DNA of 64,000 bases from Candidatus Aenigmatarchaeota archaeon (GCA_016198685.1 JACQID010000006.1:1-64000), one strand, 5' to 3'; shown: positions 19,049 to 29,742, counted from the stretch's first letter. Notes: generated from the letters alone by a model not told the origin. Translations and numbers: made by a program.

Positions 19049-19918
19049 ATGAAAAAAATATTCATGCAACCTCTTTATGACCTTGAACGACCTATGCGTG
19101 TTGCAATATTATTCAGTGGTGGTGCCAGCGCCGCCCTGTCTATGCTCGATGATCCCAATCATGGAAAATTATATATGATTACGGGAGCGGCAACACATAA
19201 TCCCATGGCAAGCGGAATATCTAAGCTGCAGCCGTATATGCAGGTTCTAACATATTCTTCAGAGAACGAGTATTACGAAAGGAATGGCTTGAATCCTAAA
19301 CAACAATCGTCAAAATACAAGTATTGGGATCACGTTATCGACACTCTTGAAGTTTTTCAAGCTGATGCCGTCGCCCTTTCCGGGCTTTTCCAAATAGTAA
19401 GATACCCGGTCATAAGCGAAGTTGGCGTTAAAGGCGAGAGGCATATAGGCCGTTATGCGGACAGAACATTGAACGTGCATCCTGCAGATCTTTCTGTGTT
19501 GTCCGATGGAACAGAATTAATCCGCGCCGGGGATCTTAATCCATATGCAATAAGAAATTTGTCAGGTTGTGAAAGAAAATTCAAGGGTGACAACGCCGTT
19601 TATGATGCATTGAAAGCGGGCGAACAAAGAACGCAATCGACGGTTCACATGGCAACGCGGCAAATAGACGAAGGTCCGATTGTAGTCAGATCGCCTTATG
19701 TAGACGCTACCGGGATCGAGCCGGAGCAATATCAGAAACTTCAGGATTTCATGAAAACTCATTGCGACGGTCCTGCATTCCAGAAGGCAATTGCACTAAT
19801 GGCATCAGGGAGCCTCGCAATAGAAAATTCCGCACTATTTTTGAAAGAAAATAATGTATGGCAGCAATTGCCTTACGGCGGATATCTGATGGACGGTATT
19901 CTTGATCCAAGAGCATGA
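19049..19918 (+). CDS. purN: formyltransferase, PurN-like (extended)
   Basis: VAILFSGGAS, LNVHP (N,H), STVH.....DEGPIV (D). Adjacent to purQLM. Start moved to the downstream ATG. Confidence 0.7.
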   Translation: MKKIFMQPLYDLERPMRVAILFSGGASAALSMLDDPNHGKLYMITGAATHNPMASGISKLQPYMQVLTYSSENEYYERNGLNPKQQSSKYKYWDHVIDTLEVFQADAVALSGLFQIVRYPVISEVGVKGERHIGRYADRTLNVHPADLSVLSDGTELIRAGDLNPYAIRNLSGCERKFKGDNAVYDALKAGEQRTQSTVHMATRQIDEGPIVVRSPYVDATGIEPEQYQKLQDFMKTHCDGPAFQKAIALMASGSLAIENSALFLKENNVWQQLPYGGYLMDGILDPRA

Positions 19919-20692
19919 TCAGAGATTTTTCTTGACATATTCTACTGCATTTCTAAAGATTTCCAGACCTATAGGCTCTTTGCGCTTTCTTGTCCAGAGT
20001 GGATGCTGTTCTGCGAACATGAAGCCTTCAGGATGCGGCATTATTCCCATCACGTTTCCTCTCTCATTGCATATTGCAGCTATATCATCCAGCGAACCGT
20101 TCGGGTTATATGGCATCGAATAATCCCCATCTTTAGGCGCATATCTCAATACTACCATATCGCGCGCGTTCAATTCGGCCACAGTTTCCGGAGGCGCGTC
20201 AAATTTACCCTCACCATGCCGCACCGGAAGTTCAAGTCTATCCATGCCGCGAGTAAACGGGCATTTATTTGAATATACCTTGAGGTCTACCCATGTATCA
20301 ACGAACCTGCCCGACTCATTGTATGTAAGGGTAACTTCCTGCTCTCGTTGCCCGTTTAAATCCGGAAGAAAGCCGCCCTTTACAAGCGCTTGATAACCGT
20401 TGCATATGCCGATCAGTGGCTTTCCGTCTTCGATAAAATTATACATAAATTCGCCCAGGTCCTTTTTCATCTTGACCGCCAGAACTTTGCCGGCAGAAAT
20501 TTCATCGCCGTATGAAAATCCCCCCGGAACCGCCAATATGTCGTATTGTTCAAGCATCCGAGGACTATTTATGATATCTGTAAGATGAACTCTGTACGCA
20601 TCCGCACCCGCCATATTGAATGCATGTTGCGTCTCCCGATCGCAATTGAGACCAAACCCATATATTACGCATGCACGAACATTCCTTGTCAT
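19919..20692 (-). CDS. purQ: FGAM synthase glutaminase subunit
   Basis: GLNCDRET, PGGFSYGD, GICNGYQ, MPHPE. Confidence 0.95.
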   Translation of the reverse strand: MTRNVRACVIYGFGLNCDRETQHAFNMAGADAYRVHLTDIINSPRMLEQYDILAVPGGFSYGDEISAGKVLAVKMKKDLGEFMYNFIEDGKPLIGICNGYQALVKGGFLPDLNGQREQEVTLTYNESGRFVDTWVDLKVYSNKCPFTRGMDRLELPVRHGEGKFDAPPETVAELNARDMVVLRYAPKDGDYSMPYNPNGSLDDIAAICNERGNVMGIMPHPEGFMFAEQHPLWTRKRKEPIGLEIFRNAVEYVKKNL

Positions 20693-20693
20693 G

Positions 20694-23684
20694 TCAATAA
20701 CCTCTGAAGGGCGCCTTCCATGACGACTTCAATTCGTTTATGTCTGCGTTCACGATCTCTCTCCCGTCTATTCCCCTTATTTTCAGGTATGGCGCCCCGG
20801 TAACATGCCCCGCCTGCGAATAGGGAATTCCTCTCATGGAATTCTCGAATTCTACTCCATTGTCGGCAGGCACTGTGACAACAAACCTTCCTGCAGACTG
20901 GGAAAATAATATTTTGTCATCCCGTTCGACGCCGTATGTCGGGACATGCGCAAGGTCTATATCCATCCCGTATCCTCCGGCAAAAGACGACTGCGCCAAA
21001 GCAACGCCGAGCCCGCCCCTGTATACTCCGTGAACAGAGGCAACAAGACCTTTGCTTATGGCATCTGCCACGGATTTGTAGATATTCAGGAACTCCTTAG
21101 CATCTACTTTCGGCACATTAGTTCCTTTGTGTCCCGTCATCTGATAGTATTCAGATCCCCCAAGTTCATCTCTTGTATTACCTATGACATAAACTAGGTC
21201 ACCAGGCTTCTTGACATCCATAGTAACTGCTCTCTTTATATCATCCACCTTGGCTACCGCCGAGATTTGCAGCGTAGGAGGCGCTGATATCCTGTGTTTC
21301 TTTCCTTCATTGTCCACTATCGTGCCGTCCATTGACATACTGTCTTTGCCGGAAACGAAAGGCGTTTGGAATGCAAGACTGTAATCTCGCAGTGCCTTGT
21401 TTGCTCTCACAAGCTGCGCCATTTTGTATTCGGCATCCGGGTTGTCAGCCGAAGGCAAGGGACTCGGCCAGCAGAAATTGTCATTCAGTGGCACTTGGTC
21501 CGGTTTCCCTCCGACAGCTATTGACTTTCTTATAGCTTCGTCTATCGCTATCGCCGCCATATGGTATGTGTCAATGTCAGAGTAAGAAGGATCCAATCCC
21601 GCGGATATCGTTATTCCCTCGTCAGACTCGAGATCCGGCCTTATCATCGCCGCATCGCTGAAAACATCACTCTTTTCGCCTACAAGAGGCTTTATGACGC
21701 TGCTTCCCTGAACTTCATGGTCAAACTGCCTTGCGATGTACTCCTTGCTTGCTATATTCGGTCTTGCGAGTATCGCATAAAGAGCTGCAGTATAATCTTC
21801 AGGAAGGTCCATTACCGGTTCGGATAATCCACGCTGTTCAGGCGGAATCCATGTTGCTTTCAAGTGCATCTTTGGCACGCCATTATGAACAAAATTCATA
21901 TCCAGATAAACGGCAGGCGTTCCGTTATAAAACACTGCAAATTTTCCGGAATTATTGAAGGTTCCTATGTTGCTGACCTCAACACCATGTTTCTTTGCAA
22001 GACGCTGGAGCTCTCCATAGCGAGATGGATCCACGGCAAGCGTCATCCTCTCCTGCGATTCCGACACAAGTATCTGCCATGGATCTAAGCCATAATATTT
22101 TAACGGCACTGCATCAAGATGCATTTCAAAGCCGCCGCTTTTTTGCGCCATCTCGCCTACGGACGAACTAAGTCCGCCCGCGCCGTTGTCCGTGATGCAC
22201 CTGTAAAGTCCTGCATCACGAGCCTCATTCAGGAAATCCATCATCTTCTTCTGTGTATAAGGCGAGCCTATCTGCACATGGCCTGCAGTAATGTTATCTC
22301 CTGCTTCCATGGATGACTGGGTCGCGCCATGGATTCCGTCTATGCCTACGCGGCCTCCTGTCATCACTATAAGATCCCCCGGCAAAACGCTGTTTACATA
22401 TCCAGGCTCGCCGTTTATTTCCGCAGGAATAAGGCCTCCGGCAAAAACATATATCGCCGGTTTTCCCATAAATCCATCATGGAAAAATGTATTGCCATAC
22501 GGAGTAGGAACGCCCATCTTGTTTCCTGCGCTCTCGACCCCGCTTCTTACGCCTTCAAAGATCCTTCCAGGATGCAACCGTGGTTTCAAATTTCCATCAT
22601 ATTGAGGGTTTCCTGTGCAAAATCCGTAAGCTCCAAATATTATTCTGGCACCCTTGCCTGTTCCTCCCGGATCACGCTGCACGCCCAATAAGCCTGTCTC
22701 CGAACCGCCGAATGGCTCTACGTTTGATGGGCTGTTGTGAGTTTCAGCTTTCAGCGCAAGAAGATATTTTTCGTTAAATCCTACTGTTCCTGCGTTATCG
22801 CCTAGTGTGGCCTTGACCCAAGGAAGCTTTGCTTCAAGCTCCTTTGTCGGGGCTTTTATGTAATTATCAAATAATCCGTTTATTACTTCTGTCACATCCG
22901 ACTCTCGATATTCCACGGTTGCGTTGAATATTTTATGCTTGCAATGTTCGGACCACGTCTGCGCGAGAACTTCTATCTCTACATCTGTAAGTTCCCCCGG
23001 AAGCCCCATCATTTTTCTTACCCGTTGTACATCTTCTCTTTGTACATACTGCTGTATGAGGTTCATTTCCTCTGCGTTAAGCGCGAGAGACATCTCACTG
23101 CTCAGGCGCCGTAATCCTGCTTCATCCAAATTAAGATTTACTGTCCCGATAGAGGGCGTTCTGCTTATTTTCACCCTCGGCGGATCATAGGAATACTTTC
23201 CGTCTGCAACATCAGAGTAAGGCACTATATGCCATCTTTGTATGTTGTCATTTGCCAAATATTCTGAAACCAGCCTTTCCACATTCTCCTGACTGATTGC
23301 GCCTCTCAGTAGATACTGAGTCGACGTGTACACCATGCCGTTTTTTCCTCTGGAGTTTCCTGTGATATCACCTATAGCTTCCAAGGCAGTTTCACCTGCC
23401 GTGTCCATGACACCAGGCTTATACCCGATTTCCACAAGATAGTCAAAACTCCTGCCTTGTGCCAACGGGGAGTCAACAGAAGAAACCTCAACTATCGGAT
23501 CTGTAAATAAATCCCGGCACAGACCTTGGATTTCATTAGGAGCCATGTCACTATCTATAGTGTAAGCACGTATCCTTTCCACGCCTTCCAGCGGAATTCC
23601 CGCGCTCTTTGACAAATTAAGTATGCCTTCTGCAATAGGATCTTTCTTGCCTTCCTTAAATCCTACTTCGATTCTGTTGACCAA
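20694..23684 (-). CDS. purL: FGAM synthase PurL with N-terminal PurS-like region
   Basis: QTWSEHCKHKIF, KAETHNSPS, TDNGAGGLSSS, SESQERM, DNFCWP, SGKDSM. Confidence 0.95.
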   Translation of the reverse strand: MVNRIEVGFKEGKKDPIAEGILNLSKSAGIPLEGVERIRAYTIDSDMAPNEIQGLCRDLFTDPIVEVSSVDSPLAQGRSFDYLVEIGYKPGVMDTAGETALEAIGDITGNSRGKNGMVYTSTQYLLRGAISQENVERLVSEYLANDNIQRWHIVPYSDVADGKYSYDPPRVKISRTPSIGTVNLNLDEAGLRRLSSEMSLALNAEEMNLIQQYVQREDVQRVRKMMGLPGELTDVEIEVLAQTWSEHCKHKIFNATVEYRESDVTEVINGLFDNYIKAPTKELEAKLPWVKATLGDNAGTVGFNEKYLLALKAETHNSPSNVEPFGGSETGLLGVQRDPGGTGKGARIIFGAYGFCTGNPQYDGNLKPRLHPGRIFEGVRSGVESAGNKMGVPTPYGNTFFHDGFMGKPAIYVFAGGLIPAEINGEPGYVNSVLPGDLIVMTGGRVGIDGIHGATQSSMEAGDNITAGHVQIGSPYTQKKMMDFLNEARDAGLYRCITDNGAGGLSSSVGEMAQKSGGFEMHLDAVPLKYYGLDPWQILVSESQERMTLAVDPSRYGELQRLAKKHGVEVSNIGTFNNSGKFAVFYNGTPAVYLDMNFVHNGVPKMHLKATWIPPEQRGLSEPVMDLPEDYTAALYAILARPNIASKEYIARQFDHEVQGSSVIKPLVGEKSDVFSDAAMIRPDLESDEGITISAGLDPSYSDIDTYHMAAIAIDEAIRKSIAVGGKPDQVPLNDNFCWPSPLPSADNPDAEYKMAQLVRANKALRDYSLAFQTPFVSGKDSMSMDGTIVDNEGKKHRISAPPTLQISAVAKVDDIKRAVTMDVKKPGDLVYVIGNTRDELGGSEYYQMTGHKGTNVPKVDAKEFLNIYKSVADAISKGLVASVHGVYRGGLGVALAQSSFAGGYGMDIDLAHVPTYGVERDDKILFSQSAGRFVVTVPADNGVEFENSMRGIPYSQAGHVTGAPYLKIRGIDGREIVNADINELKSSWKAPFRGY

Positions 23685-23693
23685 AAGAACACC

Positions 23694-24833
23694 TTATGCA
23701 AATTCCAGAACATTATTTTTTGCGGCATTGACGCCTTTACTATGCATTCTTATTCCGGGCTTTGTCGAGATTTGTCCAATAATCTTAGAGCCTATGTTGT
23801 GCGCCTCGGCTATTTCAATAACCTTCTCCGGCTCAGGTGTGACTATTATCATTCCTTGCCCCATGTTCCACGTCCTATATGCTTCGGCGTCTGTGACATT
23901 ACCTTTGTCTTGAACGTAACGCATTATATCAGCGGGTTCGAGTGGCTCGGTTATTTCCGCGCCGTATCCTGTGGGTTTTAGAACCCTGCCGAGCTTACCG
24001 GGTACGCCGCCTCCTGTAATATGCGCAACGCCGTGAAGGGTCGCTTTCGGTTCGCCATCAAAACCGCCGAACATTTCCGAGACCGCTCTGCTGTATATTT
24101 TTGAGGGATGGAGCACAAGTTCGCCCAATTTTTTTCCATCGTAAGTTTCTTCGTGCCATTCATTCCCGTGAGCGGAACCCAGAGCCTTTCTTACAAGAGA
24201 AAGCCCATTGGATCTGAAGCCGTTCTCTCTTAACGCGACTAAGTAATCACCAGGCCTTATGGCTTTTCCTGTTATCAACCTTCCTTTTCTTCCAAACCAT
24301 ACGAGACCGGCTCCCCAGTTATAGTTGAAAGGACTGTATCCTCGCACACGCGCCCCCAGCTCAGCAATTTCGCCGTTCACTATAGCTACATTGGCATCTC
24401 CTGCCGCGCCAATATAGCCTTTTGCAAGCTCTTTTACAAGGCCTATATAAGATTTGTCGTTTTCTTCCAGCGTTCTGACATCAAGAACAGAACCTATCAG
24501 CACCGGCTCGGCGCCGTATCTCACTGCATCGTCACATACCATTGCGAAAAGGTCGTAGGCTGCCGTGTCATGCCTTCCCATTCTTTCTGCAATCTCGGTT
24601 TTAGTCCCGATACCGTCGAAACCCATGTTCATGTAAGCATCGGATGGCAAACCGCCTACATGGACTGCGCGCAGTCCTGAAAAATCATCGAAAAGTTCCA
24701 CAACCTGGCCTAATCTGCCTTCCCTGTTTTGCCACGTGTACTTGGCAGCTTCGTAAAGAACTCTAGACGCATCATCGCCGAGGTCGATGTTGACTCCCGC
24801 ACTTCGGTACTCCATACCCTGCGACATGTCCAA
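23694..24833 (-). CDS. purM: AIR synthase
   Basis: YRSAGVNID, DGIGTK, GFRSNGLSL, AHITGGG, RTWNMGQGM. Confidence 0.93.
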   Translation of the reverse strand: MDMSQGMEYRSAGVNIDLGDDASRVLYEAAKYTWQNREGRLGQVVELFDDFSGLRAVHVGGLPSDAYMNMGFDGIGTKTEIAERMGRHDTAAYDLFAMVCDDAVRYGAEPVLIGSVLDVRTLEENDKSYIGLVKELAKGYIGAAGDANVAIVNGEIAELGARVRGYSPFNYNWGAGLVWFGRKGRLITGKAIRPGDYLVALRENGFRSNGLSLVRKALGSAHGNEWHEETYDGKKLGELVLHPSKIYSRAVSEMFGGFDGEPKATLHGVAHITGGGVPGKLGRVLKPTGYGAEITEPLEPADIMRYVQDKGNVTDAEAYRTWNMGQGMIIVTPEPEKVIEIAEAHNIGSKIIGQISTKPGIRMHSKGVNAAKNNVLEFA

Positions 24834-24902
24834 TTAATATCATAAGTCTTTTTATTTCTTAATCAACGATAGGAAAATATCGCTACCACATGATGTTTGT
24901 CG

Positions 24903-25262
24903 CTATTTCTTCCGGTATCCAAAAATCTTGTCGTAGTGTTTATGGTCTATGATTTCCAGAACGAAGCATATTATCTCTACTGCACTGCCTTTCATGGTAT
25001 AAAGCATTCTCCAGTATCCCGTAAGGTCAACAACCCACAAGTTGTCTATATTGTATCCGCTTCTTTTCGCTATCGCTTTCGGAACGGCGTCACCGTATTG
25101 CGGGTTGACTTTTATCAGTTCGATTTTCTGCTTTATGGATTTGAGCAGTTGCTGATGTTCCGAATTCCCTACGTTCTTTGCCTGTTCCTCGCCTACGAGT
25201 CTATTGAGACTCTCAAATTCCTCAGCGGCATTTCCTATTAGCTGAACCCGCACAGGCTTCAT
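24903..25262 (-). CDS. RelE/ParE-like toxin
   Basis: KIELIKVNPQYGDAVPK...NLWVVDLTGYWRMLYT. Coupled to the upstream wHTH gene. Confidence 0.6.
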   Translation of the reverse strand: MKPVRVQLIGNAAEEFESLNRLVGEEQAKNVGNSEHQQLLKSIKQKIELIKVNPQYGDAVPKAIAKRSGYNIDNLWVVDLTGYWRMLYTMKGSAVEIICFVLEIIDHKHYDKIFGYRKK

Positions 25263-25591
25263 ATCTCAATTACCTTGCTCCTCTCGATGAAGTCGATGAA
25301 TCTAGAATCATTATTTTCTATCCACGATATGCCTTTAGGACCTATCATGACAGACCCCTTGTCTTCCAGATAAGCAAGTATGAGCCGCAAGGTCTGATCC
25401 ATTACCTTGTTCCTCAGATTCCTTTTCAACCCTTCCATTGAAATCGGTCCGTCCGCTTCCTTGAGAGTCTTTTCGACCATAAGAACTGTTTTGAGGGTGG
25501 GCCAGTGGTGTATATTGCCGCCTAGCCTGATGTTCACAGGACTTTTTTCCTTGTATGCAGCGTTCATCTTTTTACTTATCCAAGAATACAT
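25259..25591 (-). CDS. winged-helix putative antitoxin
   Basis: PTLKTVLMVEKTL...SMEGLKRNL...LRLILAYLEDKGSV. 4-bp overlap with the toxin-like gene. Confidence 0.6.
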   Translation of the reverse strand: MYSWISKKMNAAYKEKSPVNIRLGGNIHHWPTLKTVLMVEKTLKEADGPISMEGLKRNLRNKVMDQTLRLILAYLEDKGSVMIGPKGISWIENNDSRFIDFIERSKVIEI

Positions 25592-25619
25592 ATAAATCTA
25601 TATGCATATAGATTTATAT
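25590..25619. promoter_or_regulatory. perfect 30-bp palindrome (putative operator)
   Basis: ATATAAATCTATATG-CATATAGATTTATAT overlaps the start codon of the wHTH gene. Confidence 0.75.
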
Positions 25620-25667
25620 ATAAGCATAACGCATTTGCTTTTAGCGCAATTGGAATTACCAGATGCA

Positions 25668-26023
25668 TCAAATCCTTAGCCACATCTTCCTGTCGGCTTT
25701 CAGCGCCTTGATGATGCGCCTGTCTCCGATAAGATGGCTAACGAAAGACATGGTGCCTGCAATCGTAAGAATGATTGAAGATGTCGCAAAGAAGAGAAGC
25801 GCACACTCAATAATTCTGAAAGTGAACGTATGCGGAAACCTTCTGTGAAAATGGTTCTCTTTGCGTAATTCCTATGCAAGAAAAAGGCATAGCTTGCTAA
25901 TATGACTTTTATCAGATTGAGAGCTGTGGAACTCCTATACAATTCAACGAGCGACACTATCAGTATATAGATGACGACAATCATGAATATTACGCTTATC
26001 CTAGACATGGAATGAAAAAACAT
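25668..26023 (-). pseudogene. possible frameshifted membrane protein gene
   Basis: The 5' frame has TM helices. A second frame from about 25875 gives ELRKENHF...IIECALLFFATSSIILTIAG...WLRI*. Confidence 0.35.
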
Positions 26024-26229
26024 TTAATGAGATGCTTGACATTGACGGTCATTACGAACTATTGACTCATATATTGGCAATAGGCAAAAAATAACCTGAA
26101 AGTCGTTTCTATGTAAAAGTCTAAATAATGTGTTATAACTGAGATAAATAGAGAATATGTCTCGGACATGGATCAAGAAGAATGATTTTACGTGAAATCT
26201 CGTCTATGTGTATAACATAAAATCTAATA

Positions 26230-26721
26230 TTAAATTTCCCTTGCCTGGACGCCGTGACCGTATCGGTTTATGTCCCAGGTCTCCATGCCGCCGCCAAGGA
26301 CAGGCATGTGAGTTCCGTAATCCCATGCAAAGGTAGCATCCTCAAGCAATTTTTCTGATGAAGCGGGCTCGGAATCTTGTTTATCATAAGCCTGCCTGAA
26401 GGCATCTATATCTGCCGGCGAATAACTGCCGCTCTCATCAAGGTAAAATGCAACGTCTATTTCCCCTGAAGCAGCTCTTTCTATATGAGAAATCCTTATT
26501 TTTTCTCCATCGAGCACGGCATTGCATCTATATTCTCCGCTGGGAAACCTGAATTCAAAGAGAATTTTTCCGGCTCTGCTGTTTTCCAGCATATCCTTTA
26601 CCGTCCTATAGACATCCTGCCTGCTCGTTATTTTGTCTATCTCCCCAATATCCTCGTTCAGACGATCGAAAGGGCCTGGATGGTACATATGAATAAAACG
26701 CAACAAATCATTATATAACAA
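26230..26721 (-). CDS. hypothetical protein
   Basis: 163-aa ORF. Confidence 0.55.
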   Translation of the reverse strand: MLYNDLLRFIHMYHPGPFDRLNEDIGEIDKITSRQDVYRTVKDMLENSRAGKILFEFRFPSGEYRCNAVLDGEKIRISHIERAASGEIDVAFYLDESGSYSPADIDAFRQAYDKQDSEPASSEKLLEDATFAWDYGTHMPVLGGGMETWDINRYGHGVQAREI

Positions 26722-26793
26722 GTCCCATGCCCGATAATTTCAATCAGATAGCTGATTGAAAACATATTTTTCAGGAAACAAAAGCTTATATAG

Positions 26794-27594
26794 TTGCTAC
26801 TGATTAATAGTAAAATGATGTCTATAAAATCACCTGAATACGCGGCAAAAATCTCAGGAAAATACAACGGTTACATCGCCAAGCTGAATGATGCAATGAA
26901 CGCCGTAAAGGGCGTCCCTAGCATGAGCCATACTGTTGATGAAATGGCAAAACAAATAACCCTATATCAGGACAAGCTAAGAAAAATACAGGCTTACGCT
27001 CAAAATTTTGCATCCGTTAACAATTCCATGGCGGACAATGTTATGGGTCTCAGGTCGCAGCTAAAGGATGGCGAATATGTAAAGGCTACGCGCGACCTTT
27101 ACGATGGCAACTTTCTTGTTGAGATGTTCCCGGTATCATATGCTCAGATGAGCCGTCCTATTGAACAAATAAAACGGTCGCCAGGCGAAACCGTTTACAT
27201 GCTTAATGATGACGGCCACTATCCTACTGTAGGCAATATGCGAAATCTGATTGATGCGGCTTCGCAGATGCCGGAATTCACCATGAAGGAGCTGATGAGC
27301 TGCAAGAATCTCGGCGTAAAGGGCGATGTTCTCACCAGGGCCGTAAACGAACTGATACGCTGCGGCATTATAGTCCCGATAGAAGTGCATAAGGCCACTG
27401 GGCCTGAAATATCAGCCGCATATACTGCTCCGGCTCAAGCATCGACAAATACTGAAATTCATCAAGGCAATGATGGTGACGATACACTCTTATTTGACGG
27501 AAGCGGCGTCCTCATCGGCAGGGCACGCAATGTCTCTGCTGAAATGAGGCAGCAAGTGAATGCTGAATATGCCCGCGAGAGAAGGGGCCGGTAA
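26794..27594 (+). CDS. coiled-coil protein with possible C-terminal wHTH
   Basis: N-terminal heptad pattern. EFTMKELM...LTRAVNELIRCGIIVP. Confidence 0.55.
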   Translation: MLLINSKMMSIKSPEYAAKISGKYNGYIAKLNDAMNAVKGVPSMSHTVDEMAKQITLYQDKLRKIQAYAQNFASVNNSMADNVMGLRSQLKDGEYVKATRDLYDGNFLVEMFPVSYAQMSRPIEQIKRSPGETVYMLNDDGHYPTVGNMRNLIDAASQMPEFTMKELMSCKNLGVKGDVLTRAVNELIRCGIIVPIEVHKATGPEISAAYTAPAQASTNTEIHQGNDGDDTLLFDGSGVLIGRARNVSAEMRQQVNAEYARERRGR

Positions 27595-27789
27595 TTTCGA
27601 AAGCTAAAATTTCTTATTTCGTGGAATTTTAAAATATATTATTTGGTGTCTATGACATTCCCCGGATGACCGCTACTGAAGTGGCATCGTATGCCCCAAC
27701 AATGCCTGAACATCGCGGTGGCTGCCGCCAGAAAATCCGGAATTTGCATCTTAGATCACCGACTGATGCGGGATTATTTTCAGCCAGAT

Positions 27790-28533
27790 TCAACGCTTTA
27801 TTATCTTGCCATGTTCCTTCAGAAGGATTAACGAACCCGCAGCCATTGCTGCCAATGGCATGAATACTGCCAGCCTCTGGAGGAGCCCCGCAAGTGCGCC
27901 GCTGTTCGTCAGGTAAAGGTATCCGAATATCACAGAAAGAAGCGCCGACAGTAGAAGATACAGACTGTACTTTCCTATTTCGCTCCCTTTTATCCCTGCA
28001 TAGAACAAGAACATCGCTATTATGCCAAAAATTACAGGCATCATGTTTATCGCATTATGGGTAAGCCCTGTGTTAGTTGTGTTGACACAACCAACGTCGC
28101 ACGGAAAGACGCCAAGAAGAAATGTGAAGGCTCCGCTCAGAACAAGCGCAACTGCGCCTGCCTTGTCCGCATGGTTCTTGGCAACATTCCTGAAGAGCCC
28201 TGCGCCAAAACCTGCTATCGAAAGCCCGAGCATGAAGAAAACGCTGTTCATGACCGCAGCAACCGGGCTTCCTTTGGCGCCAAGCTCGCTTATGGCATTA
28301 CTTGCATGATCATACCCCGGCACAGCCGCTCCCAAAACAACGAGAGATATCGCAAACAGCAAAGGCCCTGCTGCCCCAAACGCGAGCAAAGTCCTGTCAA
28401 CATCAATCCTATCCGTCTTCATGTTGATAATACGGCGAAGGCGGGATATAAAGAATTCAGTCATTGGCAAGCTCTTGCTCCTTTCGACCTTAGCCACTAA
28501 GAAAGCTTGACCATATTCTTCTGTCAGTGTCAA
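27790..28533 (-). CDS. DUF998-like membrane protein
   Basis: PGYDHASNAISELGAKGSP, GVFPCD, H, GLLQRL. Confidence 0.8.
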   Translation of the reverse strand: MTLTEEYGQAFLVAKVERSKSLPMTEFFISRLRRIINMKTDRIDVDRTLLAFGAAGPLLFAISLVVLGAAVPGYDHASNAISELGAKGSPVAAVMNSVFFMLGLSIAGFGAGLFRNVAKNHADKAGAVALVLSGAFTFLLGVFPCDVGCVNTTNTGLTHNAINMMPVIFGIIAMFLFYAGIKGSEIGKYSLYLLLSALLSVIFGYLYLTNSGALAGLLQRLAVFMPLAAMAAGSLILLKEHGKIIKR

Positions 28534-28870
28534 AACCTCTTTCTATATGCGTATCGCTTCACAAATGACTCAGAAATAATATAGCGCCTACGATGGTTAT
28601 GAGAACTGAGTATATTTGCTAAATTGGAAAAGCCTAAATTATTTGTCAACGCAAACAAAAATGTTGCAAACATATCAACAAAAATGAGACTGAAAATCGT
28701 ACTGATATGGGATGTAGAATGGTCTATATCCAGCAAAATACCGAAAACATAAATTACGGCTATCAAAGGAAATAATATATGATATCCCAAATTAAGCGGA
28801 ATTAATGCCCTAAGACGAAAATAAATACTACGTTAAGAAATCCTCCAATCCTATGTGTTCCATATAGCGC
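28495..28870 (-). pseudogene. degraded YdjM-like membrane metal-dependent hydrolase
   Basis: YGTHRIGG, GILLDIDHS and FLSHL*SD lie in different frames with stops. Boundaries approximate. Confidence 0.35.
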
Positions 28871-28944
28871 ATAATTATGCGAGTCTTGCCTCTTTATGAG
28901 GATTCAGATAGTGAAGAGAACGTGAAAGATACTGTCAATTCATA

Positions 28945-29742
28945 TTATTTCTGCGGAAACTTGCCGTTAAACGCGTCTTCTGCTATCTTTTTCGCATCTT
29001 GTTTGAAATCTTTTGTCAGCATCCAGCTAAAAAAATCCGCGTCTGTTTCATATACCTCTTTTATTGGTTTGCCGTTGTGCTTTTTACCAAAATTTACACA
29101 TGGGACGCCGCCTGCCCATACAAATTTTCCATCGGTATCTATCCCGTGTGGATTTCTCTTATCGTAGCATTCGCTAAGCTCCTTGACGGTCTTCGGCAGG
29201 CTCGAATGGATATCAAGCTGGGCGTTCAAAACTGCAATAGTCGCCTTTACGTCATTTTCCGACCTATGCGCCCCCTCCAGTTCTTTCTTGCAGTATTTTC
29301 TATGAGCCGAAGGCAGATCTCTCGGGTCGAGGAAATGATACAAAGACTTTACGTCAAGCGTTCTTATGCCGTTCATTTCCAGAATCAGTCCTGCTCTGTT
29401 TAATTCCTCTTTCAAGAGCGGTATGTCAAAACTGTCGATATTAAAGCCGGCCAGATCACAATCTTTGAGAAACCCGATTATTTCTTTGGCGTAATGATCA
29501 AACGTTGGCTTGCCTGCCACGTCTTCATTCGTGATGCCGTGTATGCTCGTGGCTTCGCCCGGAATTGGCATTCCGGGATTTATCAGAATGTTCTTTGTTT
29601 CTTCCCTTTCGTCCGGATGAACCTTGGTAAGAGCTATATCAATTATCCTGTCAATCCTGAAATTAAGCCCCGTAGTCTCCGTATCAATAAAAACTATCGG
29701 TCTTTCAAGCCTCAAATTCATTCTATCGCCTTGACTACTCAT
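28945..29742 (-). CDS. DEDDh 3'-5' exonuclease (DnaQ-like)
   Basis: IDTETTG, FNIDSFD, AHRSENDV. C-terminal FGKKH.GK...V...D..FF.WML. Confidence 0.9.
   Translation of the reverse strand: MSSQGDRMNLRLERPIVFIDTETTGLNFRIDRIIDIALTKVHPDEREETKNILINPGMPIPGEATSIHGITNEDVAGKPTFDHYAKEIIGFLKDCDLAGFNIDSFDIPLLKEELNRAGLILEMNGIRTLDVKSLYHFLDPRDLPSAHRKYCKKELEGAHRSENDVKATIAVLNAQLDIHSSLPKTVKELSECYDKRNPHGIDTDGKFVWAGGVPCVNFGKKHNGKPIKEVYETDADFFSWMLTKDFKQDAKKIAEDAFNGKFPQK

Noticed and set aside
28868-28881. 14-bp palindrome CGCATAATTATGCG
   Set aside because: Single short instance with no associated regulator.
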